Positions 20,221-26,947 of a stretch of DNA of 64,000 nt are shown piece after piece (the stretch's first letter is position 1; the number at the start of each line of letters is the position of its first letter). Made by a program: the position numbers and the translations under genes. This DNA is from a virus (lineage: Duplodnaviria > Caudoviricetes), in IMG/VR virus record IMGVR_UViG_2848385391_000003; one strand, written 5' to 3'. The notes beneath the pieces are model-generated. The model did not search any database. It was not told where the DNA came from and saw nothing but the letters and a program-made list of their open reading frames with translations.

Positions 20221-20734
20221 TTGGCTTGCCGGTCCGTCGCGCCTATTGTGCGTCGCAGCAACCGCTTTCAGTTTTGGCGTAGGGTGCGCGGGTTTTTTGT
20301 ATTACAACCCACGCATTCAGAAAGAACGCTCAGCGCTAGTGCACTATAAAGCTCAACTCACCATGGCCCAAGCTCAATTGATTGAAGCCCAAACCAAAGT
20401 CATCATCCAAACCGAAATTCAATACCGCGACCGCATCAAAATCGTCAAAGAAAAAGGCGACACGATTATTAAGGAAGTGCCCATCTATGTTAATCAAGCT
20501 GATACTGACCATTTCGGCGTTAACGTTGGCTTCGTGCGCCACCACAACGCAGCCTTTGCCAACGAGTCTGCCGGACCTGCCGCCCACTTTGACCGAGAAC
20601 CCGCCGGAATTTCGCTTGCTGAGATTGCCGAAGTCAACGCTTTTAACGCCAACGTCTGCTGGCAATGGCGGGAACAAGCGCTTAGATTAAGAGCATTTTA
20701 CCGGCAGTTACAGCATATACACTCTATGCCATAA
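20210..20734 (+). CDS. Inner-membrane spanin (Rz-like)
   Basis: N-terminal TM, coiled coil, IIKEVP.YV motif; contains an embedded lipoprotein ORF. Confidence 0.75.
   Translation: MLTNWLAGPSRLLCVAATAFSFGVGCAGFLYYNPRIQKERSALVHYKAQLTMAQAQLIEAQTKVIIQTEIQYRDRIKIVKEKGDTIIKEVPIYVNQADTDHFGVNVGFVRHHNAAFANESAGPAAHFDREPAGISLAEIAEVNAFNANVCWQWREQALRLRAFYRQLQHIHSMP
20487..20690 (+). CDS. Embedded outer-membrane spanin lipoprotein (Rz1-like)
   Basis: +1 frame in Rz; MLIKLILTISALTLASC lipobox, Pro-rich mature part; AAGGA upstream. Confidence 0.75.
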   Translation: MLIKLILTISALTLASCATTTQPLPTSLPDLPPTLTENPPEFRLLRLPKSTLLTPTSAGNGGNKRLD

Positions 20735-20930
20735 CGCGCTATACTGAGATCCAGCGATCCGACCTATTTTTCTATCGGCGATTGAAACTCTACCAGCGAG
20801 CCTCACAACGCCTCATACTCGGCAATTAGAACCCTGTAGGCAGATCGCTTAGCTCATTACAGCACGCGCTTACGCTCTTCCTTACCTAAACGCTCCTGCT
20901 CTGTACCAGCATAACTTGCGCTTATCAAAT

Positions 20931-23900
20931 TTACGCTAACACAGCACCTCGCTGCTTTAACAGCTTACCATTCATTTCGCTTAACCCTTCCACTCCTTCT
21001 ATTAACGCTCCTCTCACTGTCAAAAAATTATGACCCGTACTCCACCTGAAATACGCCTTATATTTCCCCTCTTCTTTTCGCAATTCCCATTGCCGAACAG
21101 AGTTATCTAGACTACCTATCCCTAAATAGTGAATACCCGATGCCTCTTTCCAGGCAAGGCTTGCAATCGGTCCACTATCTTCAATCAGTATTTGGCACTC
21201 TCCCGTTTGGGGGTCCCACAGCCGCACCGTAGTGTCAGAACTCCCCGACGCTACCTGATCTCCTCTCGGCGAATACGCTACGCTAAAAACTCTATCTGTA
21301 TGCCCTTCTAACTTCTGCTTCTGCTCTCCGCTTTCTATATCCCACAGCCGCACCGTCTTATCTACACTCCCCGACGCGACCTGATCTCCTCTCGGCGAAT
21401 ACGCTACGCTATAAACTCTATCTGTATGCCCTTCTAACTTCTGCTTCTGCTCTCCGCTTTCTATATCCCACAGCCGTACCGTCTTATCTTCACTCCCCGA
21501 CGCGACCTGATCTCCTCTCGGCGAATACGCTACGCTCAAAACTCTATCTGTATGCCCTTCTAAATTCTGCTTCTGCTCTCCGCTTTCTATATCCCACAGC
21601 CGTACCGTATTGTCTTCACTCCCAGACGCGACCTGATCTCCTCTCGGCGAATACGCTACGCTATAAACTCTATCTGTGTGCCCTTCTAAATTCTGCTTCT
21701 GCTCTCCGCTTTCTATATCCCACAGCCGCACCGTATTGTCCCAACTACCCGACGCTACCTGATCTCCTCTCGGCGAATACGCTACGCTAAAAACTATATC
21801 TGTATGCCCTTCTAACTTCTGCTTCTGCTCTCCGCTTTCTATATCCCACAGCCGTACCGTATTGTCTTCACTCCCAGACGCTACCTGATCTCCTCTCGGC
21901 GAATACACTACGCTCAAAACTCTATCTGTGTGCCCTTCTAAATTCTGCTTCTGCTCTCCGCTTTCTATATCCCACAGCCGCACCGTATTGTCCAAACTCC
22001 CCGACGCTACCTGATCTCCTCTCGGCGAATACACTACGCTCAAAACTATATCTGTATGCCCTTCTAACTTCTGCTTCTGCTCTCCGCTTTCTATATCCCA
22101 CAGCCGCACCGTATTGTCCAAACTCCCCGAAGCGACCTGATCTCCTCTCGGCGAATACGCTACGCTAAAAACTACATCTGTATGCCCTTCTAACTTCTGC
22201 TTCTGCTCTCCGCTTTCTATATCCCACAGCCTTACCGTATTGTCAGAACTCCCCGACGCTACCTGATCTCCTCTCGGCGAATACGCTACGCTCACAACTC
22301 CATTTGTATGCCCTTCTAACTTCTGCTTCTGCTCTCCGCTTTCTATATCCCACAGCCGCACCGTATTATCTTGACTCCCCGACGCTAACTGATCTCCTCT
22401 CGGCGAATACGCTACGCTAAAAACTATATCTGTATGCCCTTCTAATTTCTGCTTCTGCTCTCCGCTTTCTATATCCCACAGCCGCACCGTAGTGTCAGAA
22501 CTCCCAGACGCTACTTGATCTCCTCTCGGCGAATACGCTACGCTCACAACTCCATTTGTATGCCCTTCTAAATTCTGCTTCTGCTCTCCGCTTTCTATAT
22601 CCCACAGCCGCACCGTAGTGTCTAAACTCCCCGACGCTACCTGATCTCCTCTCGGCGAATACGCTACGCTAAAAACTACATTTGTATGCCCTTCTAAAGT
22701 ACGGAGTTTTTCCCAATTCGAGGTCCCGTACACGCTAATCTTACCGTTTTCAAGCCCTATGGCACAGGTTTTCCCATCGGGTGAATACACACAAGAATAT
22801 ACTTTGCTCTCTCCTTGGATATAGGGCCATTCACCAAACTGCGCCCCTTCCATTTTTGCCTCGCTTAAATTCGCCTGGCGTAACCAACTTTTGCGTAAAT
22901 TCACCTTCCTTAAATCTGCCCCTTGCAGTTCAGCAGAATCAAATAACCCATAGCTCAAATCCGCTCCAGGTATCCGGATTCTATTTAAATCCCACCCAGT
23001 AAACGGCACCCCTGCTTTCACCAAGATCGTCATCGCATTCGCCGCACCCCGACTCACAAAATCTGTCTGCGTTGAGCCTTTGAGCCAGACCAGCAGGGGT
23101 TTCACCAGCGCTTTGTTCTGTTGCACACGCTCCACTAAAAACCGCTGAACCCCTGCATCCTCCACCAGATTAAATCGGTTCAATAATCCTTCCGGATTTA
23201 CCTGATCCGAGTCATTCAGCGTTTTCCAGAGCGCCTGGACATTCCTCATTCCGCTCGAGGATTCGCATGCGCCCCCTCCTGCCGCCTCTTCCAGTTCTTG
23301 CCACATCCCACGCGCCACCAGATAATCCTGAATCGATTTATGGATAAACCGATATTGATCTCCTTGGCGAATTAACGGCGCATTAAACCGCAACAGCCGC
23401 GTCTTTTCTTCTGCGTCCCCTAAATACTGCGCTCGCCAACCCCCTTTTTTTCCATCCTTCGCTTCTGAATACGTGACCGACACCAACTGCTCTTCATACA
23501 TCGCTAACGCCAGATTTTGACTATACTCCAAGCCGTGCAGTGTAAATTCATCATCCAGATCCTCAAACGCTTCCTGCTCCTTAGGTTTGAGTGGGATGCG
23601 CGCCAACCTTTCCTGTGATCGGTTGAACCAATTTTCCACGGACCTCTCATATAACCCCATACGCGTCAGCTTCGAGTGCTCTTCCTCCGCTTTTAGGCTC
23701 GGCAACACCTCTAACGTCATTTTCAACATAAACGGCGTGCGCACTAATTCTTTTAACTCTGCGATTTCTTTAAATAACTGTTTGTAATCCTCTGCTTTCC
23801 ACTTCGGTTTCGTATAACTCACATATTGATCAATATAGTGCTCTATCGATGCATCCGAAAACGACGACAACCGATATTCTTCCAATGCGCCAGGTCTGCC

Positions 23901-25994
23901 TATTGGATGAAACTTATTTTGATAATGATCTCCTAAATATTCCGGCCGGCTGCTGATAATCACTTTCGCTTGCCAACGCTCTAGTTTATTATCCGCATAG
24001 AAGGCGCGTGAACGTTGCGCTATTTCGTCATACCCATCCAGAATAAAAATAAACCGACCACCTTTACGTAAATTTTCTATCTCGGGTTTCGATAAACCTT
24101 GTTCTTCCAGATATTGTTCGATCAAATTTCTGCCAGGGTTCTCTAGCGTAGCCAATGATATGAATAACGGGATTGGCCTGTCTTGGGTATTTTCCGCTTG
24201 GATATAGTCTTTCCATAACCGACGTGCCATGTGACGATTAAATGTTGACTTACCGCTCCCCCCTTCACCTAACAGCAATAAGACTTTTTTATCCGAATCC
24301 AAAAACGCATTGACCTTCTCTTCTAAATCAAAATGTTCTGTCGCCTCCGCTGTGAGCTTACCTTGCGGTGCAACATACATCGCCAAACCATCCTGGATTT
24401 CTCCAAGCTCTTCCCAGTCCTTGAAATATTCTGCCTGGATACTTTCACCTAAAATCGCAAGTGGCTCTTTCTTCGATTTCAGTTCTTTTTCTTGCTGATG
24501 CTTCAATTGTTGATGGAGTTGCTGCACGGTAAGGGCAAGCTCGTTGTGTAACGCTTTCCGTATATCATCGAAAATACTGTCTACGAGTTGGGTAAACTCA
24601 AGCCCATCAAACTTTGAATCGGTCTTCAAATGCGAAATACAATCACTGTACCCCTGCCAAAACTTATTCAGAAACGTTTGGGCTTCGTCACTACCCGCTA
24701 ACAGCCGCTCGATCAGCTTAAAGAGCACCCCATGCCGACTTTGATTCGCATACACTTCTCGCCCTGCTTGCACTTGTTCTTCAAAGCGCGGTATGTCTTC
24801 CATCCGAACCGCTGTCGCTGAAACAAAATCTGACAAGCACGCATCGTAGCTATTCAAGGTTAACGCAACCGGAATAATCCCATGCTTATCTTTAAGCTCT
24901 TCTGCTCGGATTTGCAAAAATGCCATTTCTGTCAATACATGATGGAACCCGGCCTTATAGCTTTCCTCTTGCGAGAATTCTCTGACCACCTCACGTATCG
25001 CCATCGCGCTATCTTGCTCACTATCTTTCAGATACGCTTCTCGATCTTTGCGATACGCCTCTCGCAGTTTCTGATAAAAGTGGCCATAATCCGACCACTT
25101 TAGATAACTTCCCAATACCTCAGAACAACACACCGTGACCTTATCGACCGGGGTCACATCGCCTCGCAACCGCCCCGGTAATAGACACAGCTGATTGGTT
25201 AAAATATCTTCTAGCTTGCCGTCCTTTTTCAGATCTCTCGAAACACTTGAATACGGTTGCCCCATCGGCGTTTGATCCGAATACAAAATCACTTGAATTT
25301 GAGAGAGCTTTTCAATTAAATATTTAGAGGTAGAGGCCTCAGCCTTTCCGTGGGCTGGATTGTCATGCGCATATACTAAAAACAGGCTGGGTTTATTCGC
25401 GACCTTTAAGGCTCCCAGCGTCGACAGCGCCTTTTCAAACAGGTAATCCATCTGCTTGCTTTTTTCTTCGATAGACACATCAACCTCTCGTTGCGGAGGC
25501 GTTAGACTCAGTTTTGAAGGCCGCGCATTTGCAACCCACTCTTTTGTTGGATCCAGTTGTTTTCTATTCCCCTCGCTCACACTCTCATTTTTAATTAAAA
25601 ATGAGCTGTACCGTGCGCTTATTTGTTGATGCAACATTCGCGCGCCAGTTTGCTTCATATCCATATAAGGCGCGTACTCTAACGCCTTTTTATAATTCTC
25701 CTCAGCGCCGAATTTATCGTCTTTGCGTAGAAAAGTGCCATAGTAAAAATGGCTTGCGGCAAGTTGCTCTCTTATTTTTCTTAAGTCAGACTCATTTTGA
25801 GTGCTTTGCAGCACGTCTTCTGCTTTGCGAATGCCTCCTTCAAAGCAGTCCTTTGCTTTCTCTAGATCTCCTTGCTTCTCATAGCGCGTTGCTTCCTCTC
25901 GAAGCTTATTAGCTGCTGACAAGCCAGAAACTGAAATGGGTGTCGTATTAACCTCTCTACTCCCAATCCCCCTCAATGCATTCAAATTAAACAT
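20931..25994 (-). CDS. NLR-like STAND protein: TPR-like N-terminus, possible TIR/SEFIR-like domain, NACHT, pentapeptide repeats, ~14 WD40 repeats
   Basis: Walker A GEGGSGKS, Walker B FIFILDGYDE, RFIHKSIQDY, GADLS/GADLR/QANLS pentapeptides, GH...WD repeats. Confidence 0.9.
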   Translation of the reverse strand: MFNLNALRGIGSREVNTTPISVSGLSAANKLREEATRYEKQGDLEKAKDCFEGGIRKAEDVLQSTQNESDLRKIREQLAASHFYYGTFLRKDDKFGAEENYKKALEYAPYMDMKQTGARMLHQQISARYSSFLIKNESVSEGNRKQLDPTKEWVANARPSKLSLTPPQREVDVSIEEKSKQMDYLFEKALSTLGALKVANKPSLFLVYAHDNPAHGKAEASTSKYLIEKLSQIQVILYSDQTPMGQPYSSVSRDLKKDGKLEDILTNQLCLLPGRLRGDVTPVDKVTVCCSEVLGSYLKWSDYGHFYQKLREAYRKDREAYLKDSEQDSAMAIREVVREFSQEESYKAGFHHVLTEMAFLQIRAEELKDKHGIIPVALTLNSYDACLSDFVSATAVRMEDIPRFEEQVQAGREVYANQSRHGVLFKLIERLLAGSDEAQTFLNKFWQGYSDCISHLKTDSKFDGLEFTQLVDSIFDDIRKALHNELALTVQQLHQQLKHQQEKELKSKKEPLAILGESIQAEYFKDWEELGEIQDGLAMYVAPQGKLTAEATEHFDLEEKVNAFLDSDKKVLLLLGEGGSGKSTFNRHMARRLWKDYIQAENTQDRPIPLFISLATLENPGRNLIEQYLEEQGLSKPEIENLRKGGRFIFILDGYDEIAQRSRAFYADNKLERWQAKVIISSRPEYLGDHYQNKFHPIGRPGALEEYRLSSFSDASIEHYIDQYVSYTKPKWKAEDYKQLFKEIAELKELVRTPFMLKMTLEVLPSLKAEEEHSKLTRMGLYERSVENWFNRSQERLARIPLKPKEQEAFEDLDDEFTLHGLEYSQNLALAMYEEQLVSVTYSEAKDGKKGGWRAQYLGDAEEKTRLLRFNAPLIRQGDQYRFIHKSIQDYLVARGMWQELEEAAGGGACESSSGMRNVQALWKTLNDSDQVNPEGLLNRFNLVEDAGVQRFLVERVQQNKALVKPLLVWLKGSTQTDFVSRGAANAMTILVKAGVPFTGWDLNRIRIPGADLSYGLFDSAELQGADLRKVNLRKSWLRQANLSEAKMEGAQFGEWPYIQGESKVYSCVYSPDGKTCAIGLENGKISVYGTSNWEKLRTLEGHTNVVFSVAYSPRGDQVASGSLDTTVRLWDIESGEQKQNLEGHTNGVVSVAYSPRGDQVASGSSDTTVRLWDIESGEQKQKLEGHTDIVFSVAYSPRGDQLASGSQDNTVRLWDIESGEQKQKLEGHTNGVVSVAYSPRGDQVASGSSDNTVRLWDIESGEQKQKLEGHTDVVFSVAYSPRGDQVASGSLDNTVRLWDIESGEQKQKLEGHTDIVLSVVYSPRGDQVASGSLDNTVRLWDIESGEQKQNLEGHTDRVLSVVYSPRGDQVASGSEDNTVRLWDIESGEQKQKLEGHTDIVFSVAYSPRGDQVASGSWDNTVRLWDIESGEQKQNLEGHTDRVYSVAYSPRGDQVASGSEDNTVRLWDIESGEQKQNLEGHTDRVLSVAYSPRGDQVASGSEDKTVRLWDIESGEQKQKLEGHTDRVYSVAYSPRGDQVASGSVDKTVRLWDIESGEQKQKLEGHTDRVFSVAYSPRGDQVASGSSDTTVRLWDPQTGECQILIEDSGPIASLAWKEASGIHYLGIGSLDNSVRQWELRKEEGKYKAYFRWSTGHNFLTVRGALIEGVEGLSEMNGKLLKQRGAVLA
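21186..22697 (-). repeat. 12 near-identical 126-bp tandem WD40-coding repeats
   Basis: Unit LEGHTxxVxSVAYSPRGDQVASGSxDxTVRLWDIESGEQKQ(K/N) counted 12 times. Confidence 0.95.
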
Positions 25995-26160
25995 CTTCTT
26001 CCCCTCTTATAACTTATTTAGAACTGCGTGGATAAAAAACGCTGCTTACCAGAATAAAAGCAGCGTCTTGTCTTCTCTCCCCCTTATAGGGAATCAGGAT
26101 CATTCATTTAACGCCACCCAAGCGAGCTCCACTTCACCAGGAAACCACCTGAATTCACTA

Positions 26161-26211
26161 AAATTTCGCTGACATCGACGCTATTCCAGCGAAATTTAAC
26201 CAGCGAAATTT
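26161..26211. repeat. Three copies of CAGCGAAATTT (one inverted, two direct)
   Basis: AAATTTCGCTG 26161-26171; CCAGCGAAATTT 26186-26197 and 26200-26211. Confidence 0.7.
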
Positions 26212-26346
26212 TACGTCAAATTTGCTTCGGAAAACTTATACCTAATTCGCCCTAATAAGGCCTAAAAAGCCCTAATTGGGCTATTGCTCCGAAGCAAAAA
26301 AACCGCTATCCTGTTGTTTATATTAACTTTTGTTGATTTACCTCCA

Positions 26347-26408
26347 GGACTCGAAATCCGGTATACTGGTCCCCAGTATCGAGGGTTCAAATCCCTCCCT
26401 TTCCGCCA
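26347..26408 (+). other. att core: duplicated 3' part of tRNA-Ser(CGA), not a complete tRNA
   Basis: GGA-CTCGAAA-TCCGG anticodon arm, long variable arm ATACTGG/CCAGTAT, T arm GAGGG-TTCAAAT-CCCTC, ends GCCA; no 5' acceptor strand (GGAAAGG) or D arm upstream. Confidence 0.88.
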
Positions 26409-26432
26409 AAAGCCTGTGTTTATAAGGCTTTT
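26408..26432 (+). terminator. Phage-supplied terminator-like hairpin after the tRNA 3' end
   Basis: AAAAGCCT-GTGTTTATA-AGGCTTTT. Confidence 0.55.
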
Positions 26433-26947
26433 CAGTTTTAACTCCGCACTTCTGCGCCGGTTTTTGCTTCGCACTCCCTCTTCTGATTCCTTGTTTGGCC
26501 CCATCGCTTAAAGCCCTGCGCCGGTTTTTTGCTTCGGAATGGGTTATTTCGTCCGTTGCGTGGGCGGGCTGATCGCAACGATCAAGACTCAGAAAAACGG
26601 TTGAGTGGGGTCGGAGCTTGGAATAATTTTTTATCGTCTTGCGCCGTGCTGTGAAGAACAGTAGAACAAACCCACGTCAGGAGAATTTCTAGATGTTTTA
26701 GAGGGAGAATAACTGTCAAGCCTGCTGGCTTCTTGTGATACTACAATATTGCTTTTTCCGGTGGGTCTGAACGAAAACCCACCGAAATTTCAATTGCTGA
26801 GATAACCAAAGTCAACTCTGACTTCAACGCTAGCGTCTGCTAGCAGTAATGCGAACAAACGCCAGCGCTTAAAATTTTATCGGCGCTTACAGCAAACGCA
26901 GCGGGATTCTCTACCAACTCAAAGACTCCCGCCTTCCGCCAATAGGC

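Larger units (their letters stand above)
1..26408. mobile_element. Prophage A, right part (late operon plus NACHT-WD40 cargo); left end outside the window
   Basis: Contiguous terminase-head-tail-lysis operon ending at a tRNA 3'-fragment att site. Confidence 0.88.
26221..26538. promoter_or_regulatory. Putative integrase arm-type sites (TTTGCTTCG core) on both sides of the att core
   Basis: Copies at 26221-26231 (+), 26288-26305 (-), 26452-26471 (+), 26516-26538 (+). Confidence 0.6.

Noticed and set aside
1-20734. Assembly duplication of prophage B, or a tailocin/eCIS
   Set aside because: The copies differ by many synonymous changes and distinct modules, and full head and terminase genes are present.
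21186-22697. CRISPR array or DGR variable region
   Set aside because: The units are in-frame 126-bp WD40 repeats with no unique spacers; substitutions are not adenine-specific; no cas or reverse transcriptase gene is in the window.
26161-26211. hrpII/PIP box (TTCG-N16-TTCG) for type III regulation
   Set aside because: The TTCGC half-sites repeat with a 14-bp period rather than the required 20 bp.
26347-26408. Functional tRNA-Ser gene
   Set aside because: The 5' acceptor strand and D arm are absent and the anticodon stem is broken at its base; it is an att duplicate.
26262-26511. ORFs 26262-26504 (-) and 26284-26511 (+)
   Set aside because: Shadow translations of the tRNA fragment and arm sites (WRKGRDLNPR is a typical antisense-tRNA peptide).
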